This document shows, in pieces, positions 29,791 to 40,292 of a stretch of 64,000 nucleotides of DNA (the first letter of the stretch is position 1; the number at the start of each line of letters is the position of its first letter). The position numbers and the translations under genes are program-made. The notes under the pieces are model-generated. The model was not told the origin of the DNA and ran no database searches. It worked only from the letters and a program-made list of their open reading frames with translations. Source of the stretch: an uncultured Desulfosarcina sp. (GTDB lineage Bacteria > Desulfobacterota > Desulfobacteria > Desulfobacterales > Desulfosarcinaceae). Location: NCBI GenBank assembly GCA_963674945.2, contig CAXXWQ010000004.1:2144001-2208000 (forward strand). Direction: 5' to 3'.

Positions 29791-32700
29791 AGCATTTCAA
29801 CCTGACCGAATGGGCGCTCAACCACAAACAGTTCATATACTATCTCATCATTATGATCTTTGTTGTCGGAGCCTATTGCTATCAAAACCTGGGGCGGATG
29901 GAAGACCCCGATTTCACGATTCGCAAGATGATCATCAGCGCCGCCTGGCCGGGTGCGTCAGCCCGGGAGGTGGAGGAGCAGGTGACCGACAAGATCGAAA
30001 GGAAACTTCAGGAAACACCTCGCCTGGATTATATCAGGAGTTATTCCACCCCGGGCCAGTCCTTCCTTTTCATCGCCCTTAGACCGGAAGTGACGGCGGA
30101 TGAGATTCGTCCCACCTGGCTCGAAGTCCGCAACCTGGTGGGAGACATGAAGGGAACCCTTCCGCGGGGCGTCGTCGGCCCCTTCTTTAACGACCGCTTC
30201 AGTGATGTCTTCGGATGTGTTTACGCCCTGACCGGGGACGGCTTTACCTATGAGGAAATGCGGGAAGAGGCGGAGGAGATCCGGCGTGTTCTTATGGAGG
30301 TCGACAGCATAAAGAAGGTAGAACTTCTCGGCGTCCAGAAGGAAAAAATCACCGTTGAAATGGAAACGGAAAAGCTGGCCCAGTTGGGCATCGATCCTGC
30401 GTTGATCGCAGTATCGGTGGAGGGGCAAAACGCCATGACGCCTTCCGGAATGATTGAAACAACCTCCGATCGCGTCTTTTTCCGGGTCTCCCGGATGTTC
30501 GATAATTTGGATGACCTGCGAAATGTTCCGATCCCCATCGCCGGGCAAACCATCCGTCTCGGAGACATCGCCACCATACGGCGCGGGTATTCCGACCCGC
30601 CCGATTCCCGGATGTTTTTTAACAGCAGACCATCAATCGGAATTGCCGCTTCCATGCAGGAGGGGGGGAACATCCTGGTCTTGGGAAAAAATCTCGATGA
30701 GACCATGGTTGAGGTGAAAAAGAATCTCCCCGCAGGGATGGAAATTACTTCCGTTTTCAATCAGCCCAAAGTCGTAAAGAGTTCCATCAACGAATTTATC
30801 AAGGTACTGGGTGAAGCGGTCATTATTGTCCTTGTCGTCTGCTTTTTGAGCATGGGGTTGCGATCCGGAATCGTCGTCACCCTGTGCATCCCCTTGGTCA
30901 TTACAGGGGTCTTCATCGTCATGAAATGCCTTGGGATCGATCTTCACAAGATCTCTCTAGGTGCACTGATCGTGGCGCTGGGTCTTCTCGTGGATGATGC
31001 CATCATCGCCATTGAGATGATGCTCGTCAAACTCGAACAGGGGTGGAAACGATTTGACGCAGCTTCCTTTGCCTATACCGCCACGGCCTATCCCCGCCTT
31101 ACGGGGGCCTTGATCACCTGCGCCGGATTTATTCCCATCGGTTTTTCAAAAGGCGTCGCCGCAGAGTTCGTCGGATCCATCTTCGCTGTGGTGACGATTG
31201 CTCTCCTCATTTCCTGGGTCGTGGCCGGAACCGCCACGCCTCTCTTCGGATTGCTCATGGTCAAACCGAAACCGCATGTGGAAGGTCACGATATTTACGA
31301 TACACCATTCTATCGGTCATTCAAACGTCTCCTTACCTGGTGCATGACGCATCGCTGGATGGTGATCGGCGCAACGGTCACCGGATTGGTCCTTGCCCTC
31401 TATTTAATGGGCTTCGTCAAACAGGAGTTCTTTCCTCCTTCGACCCGGCCGGAAGCCATCATCAATCTGCGCCTGCCGGAGGGGGCGTCCATACAGGCGA
31501 CCGAGGAGGTGGCCTGCCGGTTTACTGAAAAATTTGCCGATGACCCCGATACGGTTCAATATTCCTGCTTTGTGGGGCAGGGTGCGCCCCGATTCGTTCT
31601 GGCTGCCGACCCGACGCTTCCCAATACGAATTTTGCACAAATCATTGTCCTGGCCAAGAATTTGGAGGCGCGCAACCGGGTTATCACAAAGGCGCGAAAG
31701 CTCTTTGAAACCGAGTTTCCCGGTATTCGCGGCAATGCCAAGGTTCTTCAAACGGGACCATCCCAACCGTATCCGGTGACGCTACGGGTGACCGGCCCCG
31801 ATCATGAGAAGGTCCGCGAGCTTGCCAAACAGGTGAATGATATCATGGTAGCCGACGCCAACCTGCTGGATGTCCACATGGACTGCAATGAAAAAAACAA
31901 GGTCATGCTTCTATCGATCGATCAGGACAAAAGCAGTGCGCTGGGACTGAATAACCGAGCCCTGGCCAGGAATCTTCAGGCCCTTTTGTGTGGCGCGCCG
32001 ATCGCCGAGTTCAGGGAAAAGGACAAGACGGTGAGCGTTCTCTTTCGTATTGACGAGAAGAACAGAAGCGACCTGTCGCATGTCAAGGATCTCAATATCC
32101 ACATCGGCAAAGGACGATTCATTCCTTTAGACCAGATCGCCAGGATCGGCTATGAGGCAGAAAAGGGGCTTATCTGGCGCCGTGACCTGAAACCGACGAT
32201 CACGCTCCAGGCCAACACGGTTGCCGGTGTTCTGGGAAACGATGCGACCCAAAAGGTTTATGACGATGTCGCTTCGATCCGACATTCTCTCCCCCAAAGG
32301 TATAGCATCGATGTCGGCGGGACGCTGGAGAGATCCATAAGGGCGTCAAAATTGTTGATGAAGCCTGTTCCCATCATGATTCTCGTCATCATGACCCTCC
32401 TGATGTTCCAGCTGCAGAGCATCTCCAAGATGATCCTGACCCTGCTCACGGCTCCCATGGGGATGATCGGGGCAGTTCTGGCCTTGCTTCTGACAGGACG
32501 CCCCAAGGGCTTTGTCGTTCAACTCGGTCTTTTGGCCTTGTTCGGAATTATCATGCGCAACACCGTCATCCTCATCGATCAGATCGACCAGCAGCTGAAA
32601 GCGGGACAATCGCTTTGGGACGCCATCATCAACGCCACGACGTTGCGTTTCCGTCCCATCATGCTGACGGCGGCGGCAGCCATTCTGGCTATGGTCCCGA

Positions 32701-32849
32701 TTTCTTTCAGCCTCTTTTGGGGCCCCATGGCGGTCGCTATCGGCGGCGGGTTGTTCGGAGCGACGGTCCAGACCTTATTGGTCCTGCCGGCGATATACGC
32801 AGCGTGGTATAGGGTAAAACCCGAAAGTATGGAAGTATTAACGGCCTAA
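29787..32849 (+). CDS. RND efflux permease
   Basis: GRMEDPDFT, GLLVDDAII, RFRPIMLT; 1020 aa. Confidence 0.95.
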   Translation: MKHFNLTEWALNHKQFIYYLIIMIFVVGAYCYQNLGRMEDPDFTIRKMIISAAWPGASAREVEEQVTDKIERKLQETPRLDYIRSYSTPGQSFLFIALRPEVTADEIRPTWLEVRNLVGDMKGTLPRGVVGPFFNDRFSDVFGCVYALTGDGFTYEEMREEAEEIRRVLMEVDSIKKVELLGVQKEKITVEMETEKLAQLGIDPALIAVSVEGQNAMTPSGMIETTSDRVFFRVSRMFDNLDDLRNVPIPIAGQTIRLGDIATIRRGYSDPPDSRMFFNSRPSIGIAASMQEGGNILVLGKNLDETMVEVKKNLPAGMEITSVFNQPKVVKSSINEFIKVLGEAVIIVLVVCFLSMGLRSGIVVTLCIPLVITGVFIVMKCLGIDLHKISLGALIVALGLLVDDAIIAIEMMLVKLEQGWKRFDAASFAYTATAYPRLTGALITCAGFIPIGFSKGVAAEFVGSIFAVVTIALLISWVVAGTATPLFGLLMVKPKPHVEGHDIYDTPFYRSFKRLLTWCMTHRWMVIGATVTGLVLALYLMGFVKQEFFPPSTRPEAIINLRLPEGASIQATEEVACRFTEKFADDPDTVQYSCFVGQGAPRFVLAADPTLPNTNFAQIIVLAKNLEARNRVITKARKLFETEFPGIRGNAKVLQTGPSQPYPVTLRVTGPDHEKVRELAKQVNDIMVADANLLDVHMDCNEKNKVMLLSIDQDKSSALGLNNRALARNLQALLCGAPIAEFREKDKTVSVLFRIDEKNRSDLSHVKDLNIHIGKGRFIPLDQIARIGYEAEKGLIWRRDLKPTITLQANTVAGVLGNDATQKVYDDVASIRHSLPQRYSIDVGGTLERSIRASKLLMKPVPIMILVIMTLLMFQLQSISKMILTLLTAPMGMIGAVLALLLTGRPKGFVVQLGLLALFGIIMRNTVILIDQIDQQLKAGQSLWDAIINATTLRFRPIMLTAAAAILAMVPISFSLFWGPMAVAIGGGLFGATVQTLLVLPAIYAAWYRVKPESMEVLTA

Positions 32850-32923
32850 GATGGGGAGGTGAGTATATGATAACAAAACCGAATGCTAATATTATATTTA
32901 TTTCACTTCAGAGGAGAGAGAGA

Positions 32924-34228
32924 ATGAAACCGGTTTTTATGCTCCAAGTGTTCTTGATCAGTATCGGGCTGTTCCTGTTACCGTTCACTGCTTTTGGGAT
33001 TGATACTGAAACCGAAAAAAAGGCCGATACAGGTACAATCAGCAGTGATATCCCTGAAATGTGCGACGGTTGCCTTCATGTGTTTCTGACAGAAAAGATG
33101 GGATACACGGATAATTTTTACAATTCCGACGCCTACAAGGATGATGATTTCATCATCCTTGGAAATCCGGGCATCTGGTTTATGCTGCCCGGTGAAACCA
33201 AACGTTTGTCAATGTCTCCGACTTCTCCCATCACTCCGGGGGGGGCCATGTATGGGAATTATCGGTCCGGTAACTTTGACCGAATGCAGGCATATCTGTT
33301 CTATAGTCCCGAGTTTGAAAGCTATGGGCATCACACGGAGGAAAATACGATCAACCAGATGGCTGAGGGTCTTTTTAATTACAGGTTTTCCGGAGGACTT
33401 GCCATCGGGGCGAGCAATCAGTTCGTACACGCGTATGATGAGCGGGGGACGGGTGATTTCTATTTTGAAACGAACAAATTCAACACAAATCTTTTGCGGG
33501 TGAACATGAGCTATCCGGTCACCGACAAAACCGATTTACGGATGAAGTATGACCACTATTACGTCGATTATACCGCCGATAGAAATAATTACCGGGATCG
33601 TGCAGATAACGGCGCCACGCTTTCCGTATTCCATAAGCTTTTCGGTGAGACATCGATTTTTGGAGAGTACGAATTTGTTCGGCTTTCTTACGATGAAAGA
33701 AATGAGAACGACAGCGACGAGCATCATTTTTTCGGTGGTATTCAGTGGGATGCATCTGAAAAATCAACCGCAAGCATCAAGGCGGGCTGGCAAATCAAGG
33801 ATTTTGAGGAAACGGATGACCAAGAAGACAATTTTTTCCTGGAAATTCTACTCAACTATGAAATTACGCCCAAGTCATCGATAAATTTGGCGGGAGTCCG
33901 GAGATTGGCGGAAAGCGATACCATCGCAAATAATTATTCATTGTATCACACGGTGAGCGCCACCTATGCGCAAACGATTGCCGATAAAATTTCAGGCAAT
34001 ATTCAAATGTATCTTACGGATAATGAATATAAGAGGTTTGATACAGTAGTATCCGTGGTTGAGGAGAGGGATGATACGTTCTATGGAGTTACCGCATCTC
34101 TTGATTATGCATTTACGACCTGGCTGTCAGCAGGGGTTGAATATTCTTATAAGCAGTGCGACTCCAATTTATCAAATTTTGATTACACTACAAATATTGT
34201 GATGTTTCAACTCGACATCTCTCTTTGA
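32924..34228 (+). CDS. Outer-membrane beta-barrel protein
   Basis: Signal peptide, amphipathic aromatic-rich strands, C-terminal ..YTTNIVMFQLDISL. Confidence 0.8.
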   Translation: MKPVFMLQVFLISIGLFLLPFTAFGIDTETEKKADTGTISSDIPEMCDGCLHVFLTEKMGYTDNFYNSDAYKDDDFIILGNPGIWFMLPGETKRLSMSPTSPITPGGAMYGNYRSGNFDRMQAYLFYSPEFESYGHHTEENTINQMAEGLFNYRFSGGLAIGASNQFVHAYDERGTGDFYFETNKFNTNLLRVNMSYPVTDKTDLRMKYDHYYVDYTADRNNYRDRADNGATLSVFHKLFGETSIFGEYEFVRLSYDERNENDSDEHHFFGGIQWDASEKSTASIKAGWQIKDFEETDDQEDNFFLEILLNYEITPKSSINLAGVRRLAESDTIANNYSLYHTVSATYAQTIADKISGNIQMYLTDNEYKRFDTVVSVVEERDDTFYGVTASLDYAFTTWLSAGVEYSYKQCDSNLSNFDYTTNIVMFQLDISL

Positions 34229-34302
34229 TCGAATAGGATGCTTAAAAGAGTCGCCGGACGATGCGTTTTGGCCATTTAACAGCGAATTTGTCCGAATTGC
34301 CA

Positions 34303-34340
34303 TCAGGTATTCCCCCGGCTTTGCCGGGGGGGGGGCCTGA
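34303..34340. terminator. GC hairpin between convergent genes
   Basis: cccccggc-ttt-gccggggg flanked by tcagg/cctga. Confidence 0.5.
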
Positions 34341-34396
34341 GGAAAGGATAAAACGATGATGCAACTATTTCCTCTTTCCTTAACGGATATTCTTAT

Positions 34397-36052
34397 TCAC
34401 TGATTTTCAGCAAGATGATTCATGCCAATATATGAGAAAGTACAACCCGGTCCTAGTGTTGAACCAGGGCCTGGATAGGTCTTTCCCATTACGGAAGCCG
34501 TATTATTACCTGATGCATACAATCCGGCAATGATCGATCCATCTTCACGCAATACCCGAGCAAATTCATCGGTCAGCAAACCACCCTTTGTTCCCAAATC
34601 CCCTGGATAAAATTTTACGGCATAAAAGGGAGGATTTTTAATTGGAGCTAAATTGCTGTTTGGTAACACCCTGTGATCACCGTAATACCGATCATAGATA
34701 TCGGTACCCCTGCCAAAATCGTCATCGATGCCCTGGTACGCGAAACTATTAAATCGCTTGACCGTGTTACACAAATTTTCTTTTTTGATTTTGCACTTAT
34801 CCGCAAGCGCCTCAATGGAATTTGCCTTTACGATTGCGCCCTCTTTGATATATTTTTTCGGTGTAATGCGTGGCGGCAACATATAGAATAAATATTTGTT
34901 TCGGTGGTTTGCATCCATAATCAGCCACGAGGGAACTGCTCCGCCAACTTCGGCTTCACGATCCAACATGGCGCGGCCAAAATCGACATAAGACGTGGAT
35001 TCATTAACATACCGGAAACCTGACATATCGACGAGAATCGCACCGGGAAACGAACGTTCCCAAACAGAAAACATTACGGTATTTTCTATAATGAAAGAAC
35101 CGCCCCACCAGGCTTCATCCATCAGTGCCAGGGCTGCTCCGACGTTCTCACCAGCTTGAATGGCATCACCGGTATTTCCGGGTGATGCAGATGTCCAGTC
35201 TGATCCCACTGGTTGATATTTACGCCTGTATTCATCATTTTGAGGAAAACCGCCGGCTGCCAATAATATCCCTTTTCTGGCCCGGACATTTACAAGCCTT
35301 CCTTCTTTTTCGACCACAATACCGACAGCGCGGCCATCTTCCATAATGATTTCTTTAAGAGGACTTTTTAGCCATACCGGCGTTTTATAATTTGTTTGCA
35401 AAATGTACATGAGTTGACCGACCAAGCTTCTTCCGATTCCAAGCGGCGTCTTTCCACTTAGTTTCCATGAAATCGTTTTTCCAAAGATACTCATTGCACG
35501 TTTGAAACTACACCAGGTTTGCATCACAAGAGGCATATAATGCGCATCGGCTGAGTGCATTGCGATATCAGGCGCTCCTGGCGCAGATGTTAATGACTTT
35601 CTCAACGTTCCGAGTTTTTTTCCATCAAAAACATCACCCTCTATACACCTGCCGGTCTTTGCTCCGGGTACAAGCGGGTAATAATCCGGATATAATTCGG
35701 CCCGTACCCATTGAAATCCTAATTTCGTTAGAAAATTCACCATTTCCGGTGCGTTTTTGACATAGGCTTCTTTTCTTTCTCTTGAACTGGCGGGTCCAAC
35801 ATCTTCAATAACAGCTTCCATATATTGTAATGCCTCTTCAGTTGAATCGAGACAACCGTGTTCTTTCATTAAAAAATTATTTGGTATCCACAGCCCGCCT
35901 CCGGAAAAAGCGCTGGAACCACCCCATTTCTCCAGCTTTTCAATTACCAGTGCTTTCATGCCGTTGTTCTCGGCAGTAATTGCTCCGGTAAGAGCGCTTC
36001 CACCGGTTCCCACCACTACGACATCATAAGTTGAATGCCAGTTCGTTTTCAT
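34397..36052 (-). CDS. FAD-dependent oxidoreductase, 3-ketosteroid-delta1-dehydrogenase-like
   Basis: DVVVVGTG, GGSSAFSGGGLWIP, YPDYY, GDLGTKGGL, YPGPGSTLG. Confidence 0.85.
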   Translation of the reverse strand: MKTNWHSTYDVVVVGTGGSALTGAITAENNGMKALVIEKLEKWGGSSAFSGGGLWIPNNFLMKEHGCLDSTEEALQYMEAVIEDVGPASSRERKEAYVKNAPEMVNFLTKLGFQWVRAELYPDYYPLVPGAKTGRCIEGDVFDGKKLGTLRKSLTSAPGAPDIAMHSADAHYMPLVMQTWCSFKRAMSIFGKTISWKLSGKTPLGIGRSLVGQLMYILQTNYKTPVWLKSPLKEIIMEDGRAVGIVVEKEGRLVNVRARKGILLAAGGFPQNDEYRRKYQPVGSDWTSASPGNTGDAIQAGENVGAALALMDEAWWGGSFIIENTVMFSVWERSFPGAILVDMSGFRYVNESTSYVDFGRAMLDREAEVGGAVPSWLIMDANHRNKYLFYMLPPRITPKKYIKEGAIVKANSIEALADKCKIKKENLCNTVKRFNSFAYQGIDDDFGRGTDIYDRYYGDHRVLPNSNLAPIKNPPFYAVKFYPGDLGTKGGLLTDEFARVLREDGSIIAGLYASGNNTASVMGKTYPGPGSTLGPGCTFSYIGMNHLAENQ

Positions 36053-36428
36053 ATTCGCTTCCCAAAGTAGTTCGAGTTAAATTTGTGATGCAACAACAAG
36101 CATTACAGCAAGAAAGATCATCTCGGACTTCCCGCAGTCAGGGAACAACTGCGGGGTGGACAATATTGGATCGACGGCTAAATTATATCAGGGGCTGATA
36201 CAAGCAAATAATATCGTGATACCGTAATTGAGTATCACTTGCCATACGCCCAAGTCAACACAGATTTCTGTATATATTTTATTAAATGGACGAATTATTG
36301 CCATATAACTGCGCGATGTGCCAAATTGTAAATTTAAACTTTATATATTACGACATAGATGGTATGTCCGTGACATAGATCTCCTCCGATCCAAATCTGA
36401 CACATTACAGGAGTCGCAAGCCAAGGTG

Positions 36429-37379
36429 ATGGACAATCGTCAAAAACATCCAATTTTGGACTTGGATGATCGTGATAAAATGCTAACCAAAGAATTGGAG
36501 ATGGATGCCAGGCAGAGCATTCGTGTTCTTTCCCGAAAGCTGGGCGAAAGTGAAGCGACTACCAAAAAGCGACTTTCGAGACTCTTAGATAATGAGGCCA
36601 TTTGTATTATCGCCTTTACAGATCGTTTATCGTTAGGATTGCAGGTTCTGGTGGTGATGGGAATAAATGCTAAACCTGGGGAAGCTGATGAAGTAATGAA
36701 ACAGCTCTTCCCCCACGAGAGGATCCGAAGTATTATTCTGACGACCGGCCGATACGATATCTTGGCCTATGCGGAATTTCAAAACCTCATCGAATTCAGT
36801 TCTTTCTTCGACGAAGAATTGGGCCGCGTCAAAAACATAACAGGTGTTGAAACGATGATGTCTTTGGAAATCCATAAAGCCTCATCACACTATTTGAGTG
36901 ATCACATCAAGCCAATGCGGCAAAGCAATCCTCGGGATCTTGATGATGTCGATACCCGATTGATTAAAGAACTCGAGTTGCACCCCAGGGAAAGTATTTC
37001 CAAATTGGCGAAAAAAATCGGAGTGAATCCCAAGCTGGCAAGCAGAAAAATGCAATCACTTATGGCCGATAATATTGTCCGGGTGATCGGCTTCCCCACA
37101 CCGGCATTTTTCGGCCTTTCGTTGCCAATTTGCATATTCTTGAAACTTCGACCCGGCCAAGTCGGGCTTATCGCAAACAAACTTACTGCCGATAAAAGGA
37201 TCCATTATATTTCTTCGCTCACCGGACGGTTTCAGCTCTTAATAAGTGCGGCTTTTCATGATCTGGACGAACTATCCCATTTTCTTAGAAACAGGTTAGG
37301 CAAACTTCCTGGCGTCGTATCCCATGAAACATTGATTCAAGTCTCACTTGTAAAAGGCCCGCAATCATTGCTATCATAG
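36429..37379 (+). CDS. Tandem (double) Lrp/AsnC regulator
   Basis: Two LDD.D..L.KELE HTH units each followed by a TGR(Y/F) AsnC domain. Confidence 0.88.
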   Translation: MDNRQKHPILDLDDRDKMLTKELEMDARQSIRVLSRKLGESEATTKKRLSRLLDNEAICIIAFTDRLSLGLQVLVVMGINAKPGEADEVMKQLFPHERIRSIILTTGRYDILAYAEFQNLIEFSSFFDEELGRVKNITGVETMMSLEIHKASSHYLSDHIKPMRQSNPRDLDDVDTRLIKELELHPRESISKLAKKIGVNPKLASRKMQSLMADNIVRVIGFPTPAFFGLSLPICIFLKLRPGQVGLIANKLTADKRIHYISSLTGRFQLLISAAFHDLDELSHFLRNRLGKLPGVVSHETLIQVSLVKGPQSLLS

Positions 37380-37560
37380 TATATCTGATTCTATTACAGG
37401 GCAGACAGGGCAATGGAATCAGATCCTGTGTTCAGAGAACGGCGTTGTCGATGTGCGGTCCGGCGCAGGGAATGCATAACAATCAATACTGTCAATGCAA
37501 AAAAAAGAAGCCTCTCTGATCGGCCTCGTCCGAAAATAAAGATGATTAAGAAATGGCAAA

Positions 37561-38331
37561 ATGAATGCAGACGATTTTTTTCATCAGATAGAACATATCC
37601 CCACCGATTGGAATCGGTATCGATTACATGTGCCCTTATTCTATGAAGATATCAGGTATCTTGCTGTATTTATGCTGGCACCCATTAAAAACATAAAGCG
37701 GATTTTGCCGTCCAATCGGCTCAAACCTTATCGGATTACACCATGGCATGGTGTGATTACGATTTCCGCTTTTGAATATCGAAAATGCGATATAGGGCCT
37801 TATAACGAAGTTTCCATCGGTGCTCCCGTTACGATTGATGAAGACACACCAATATTTACGGGAATAATTCGGGGTATGCCGAAAGAAACAATGGTCTATT
37901 CCCGCCATCTGCCTGTAACAACGGAATACGCTTGCGACCTCGGTGTCACGTATGCCGGATATCCCAAGTTTTTGGCGGACATCGCATTTACCGAAGAAAG
38001 CAATTGGGTCACATGTGGATTGAAAGCAGATAGCCAAAATATACTCATGTTGCGGGGCCGAAAAATCGATTTACAAATGAATCCAAGAGTCCGTATGCAT
38101 CATATCACCTATCGAAAAGGATATTTGCTACGAAGCGAGATTGTCTTCAGGGAAAGTGAATTTGGCGAATCCAGGAATAAAGAAGATGTTACATTGGATC
38201 TTGGAGAACATCAGATCGCAAGGGAGCTCAAGGAATTGAAGTTGGGAAGAGTATTAGGATATCGCTATTGTCCACGAGCACAGGCCATCCTGACACCGGT
38301 AATAGAAAGTTTCGCAGGGAAACAAAAATAG
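37561..38331 (+). CDS. Acetoacetate decarboxylase-family protein
   Basis: FEYRKCDIGPYNEVSI, LPVT, GYPKFLA. Confidence 0.8.
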   Translation: MNADDFFHQIEHIPTDWNRYRLHVPLFYEDIRYLAVFMLAPIKNIKRILPSNRLKPYRITPWHGVITISAFEYRKCDIGPYNEVSIGAPVTIDEDTPIFTGIIRGMPKETMVYSRHLPVTTEYACDLGVTYAGYPKFLADIAFTEESNWVTCGLKADSQNILMLRGRKIDLQMNPRVRMHHITYRKGYLLRSEIVFRESEFGESRNKEDVTLDLGEHQIARELKELKLGRVLGYRYCPRAQAILTPVIESFAGKQK

Positions 38332-38360
38332 AAAACGAAACGTTCTAAAAGCAAAGAATC

Positions 38361-39470
38361 GTGAATATGTGCGAAGAGTTATATCATATTGCGGACGCAC
38401 TGATTGATAAGTTTAAAAAATTTGATTCTTCTGGTTTACATAAGATTGTTCAGGTATGTGAAGAAATTGGCAGGTCCTGGAGTGGATCTTGTATTGGATA
38501 CCATTCGAGAGTCTACTATAAGGATTTAATTCCGGTTCCGACCGATGCTCATTTTAATAGAGAATGGGGGTTCCTGAACAAAGCCGGAAATGACACAGTT
38601 GGCGATTGGGTCGAATATGATTCTGGCTACATCGTTTCGGTAATCGTTGAAAGGGCCGGTAATATTGATCTTGATGCTTTTGAAAAAACAGCATCCGTTG
38701 AAAAAGATTGTTTTGAAAAATATCGAAACAAACTTCTTACTATCCTGTCGACTGTTCTTGAACGACATGGCGAGAATAAATTCATCATCGATGTAATGGC
38801 TCGGATAAAAAAAGAGAAAATATATGGTGCGTTTGAATTTGCCCAGCAGTTGACATCCATCGATCAACAAATGTCCCGTGATGTGTATGCCGTACAAGCC
38901 GGTGTCCAGATACCGCCTCATATTCTGATGATGGCGAAAGCGAAATCTTTTCTTAGCTCCTCTCATTCATGCGAAAAACTCGGTGAATATGCAAAAAGGT
39001 CCGCTTCCTTTATAGAAAACCTGGGGAAAAACCAAGGAAGGGAAGAAAGGATTGAGGAGAAAATAGTCATTGGGTATGGTCAATCAAAAACATGGAAAGA
39101 CCTAAAAGACTTTTTGCACAATCGATTACAGCTCCCATTGGATGAATTCGACTTTTTGTCTGTCGGTAGTGGAACCAATAGAAAGCGACTTTCCAGAATG
39201 TTGAACGAAGCGGCATTTGCTTTTCTAATAATGACCGCTGAAGATGAAAAGGCTGACACCAGACTGCAGCACCGTATGAATATCGCTCATACAGTCGGAC
39301 TTTTTCAGGGACGGCTTGGCTTTCATAGAGTTATTGTTTTACTCGAAGAAGGGTGTGAAGAATTTTCAAATATAGCAGGAATTGACCAGATAAAATTTCC
39401 GAAATGGAAGATATATGCAATTTTTGAAGATATACGCCAAGTGTTGAAAAGAGAGAATATTATCGGATAA
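38361..39470 (+). CDS. Protein with C-terminal predicted nucleotide-binding TIR-like domain (Cap12/Pycsar-effector-type TIR)
   Basis: IGYGQS..WKDLKDFL, FAFLIMTAEDE, GLFQGRLGF, EEFSNIAG. Confidence 0.8.
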   Translation: MNMCEELYHIADALIDKFKKFDSSGLHKIVQVCEEIGRSWSGSCIGYHSRVYYKDLIPVPTDAHFNREWGFLNKAGNDTVGDWVEYDSGYIVSVIVERAGNIDLDAFEKTASVEKDCFEKYRNKLLTILSTVLERHGENKFIIDVMARIKKEKIYGAFEFAQQLTSIDQQMSRDVYAVQAGVQIPPHILMMAKAKSFLSSSHSCEKLGEYAKRSASFIENLGKNQGREERIEEKIVIGYGQSKTWKDLKDFLHNRLQLPLDEFDFLSVGSGTNRKRLSRMLNEAAFAFLIMTAEDEKADTRLQHRMNIAHTVGLFQGRLGFHRVIVLLEEGCEEFSNIAGIDQIKFPKWKIYAIFEDIRQVLKRENIIG

Positions 39471-39494
39471 CAGCAGAATCAACGAAAAGATAAT

Positions 39495-39675
39495 TTCCAT
39501 GTCGAGCTTCTCCGCAAGCATCAACTGTCTGGCTTCCCGAAGGCGAAACTGTTTCTGAGACTGTAAAGGGCTTAAAGCGGTCATCGAGCGGAAATGATGA
39601 TGAAAGGTCGATGTGCTCATACCTGCCTTGGTCGCCAGATCGTCGACACGCAACGGCTTGACGGTGGTCGTGTCT
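39495..39675 (-). pseudogene. AraC-family HTH fragment
   Basis: PLRVDDLATKAGMSTSTFHHHFRSMTALSPLQ.QK..RL.EAR.LML; no N- or C-terminus. Confidence 0.8.
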
Positions 39676-39952
39676 AAAGAGACATTGATAAGTTGTATTC
39701 AAAACGGATTCTGTGCACCCGGAACCAATCCGAATGATGAATGTGAGGAGAGCCTATGAAACGGTCCTTGATTTTCTTGGGTCTCCTGCAGCGTATCACC
39801 GCCCCTGCCGGTATCGGATATGGCGGCTGTGCAAGAAAAACCCTTATTGGTACAAAAACCGGGTACTCCAGATGCATCGTGATACAAAATTCGCGTCAGG
39901 AAATCGCATCCTGGCACTTAATGCCATGAATCTGGAATTTTCCGGTTTTTTT

Positions 39953-40213
39953 TCAGGAAGATTCGCGGATAAGGTCCGAAAGTTTATTTGTGATGCTTGT
40001 AAGTTTTTCAAATTGAGTGTTAATTTTATCTATCTTACTGTTGCTGGTAGCGCTTTCGGTCATTTCCATTTGCAGCAACTCCAGATATCCGGAAATTGCC
40101 ATGAGGGGCTGTTTCATTTCATGGCAGACCTCTCTCGCCATTTTCAGCACATCCTTTAGCCTTTCGGCCTCTCTATCGAAATTTTGATCCATGACCCTTC
40201 CCAGCATTTGCAT
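39953..40213 (-). CDS. Small stand-alone HisKA (dimerization/phosphoacceptor) protein
   Basis: MAREVCHEMKQPLMAISGYLELL H-box. Confidence 0.7.
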   Translation of the reverse strand: MQMLGRVMDQNFDREAERLKDVLKMAREVCHEMKQPLMAISGYLELLQMEMTESATSNSKIDKINTQFEKLTSITNKLSDLIRESS

Positions 40214-40292
40214 TTACCTGAAATTTTATCGGTTAACAGTGTACGACGCTAAAGGAAAAACTTTCTCATATCTTTTTTTCCTTTGCAACCGC

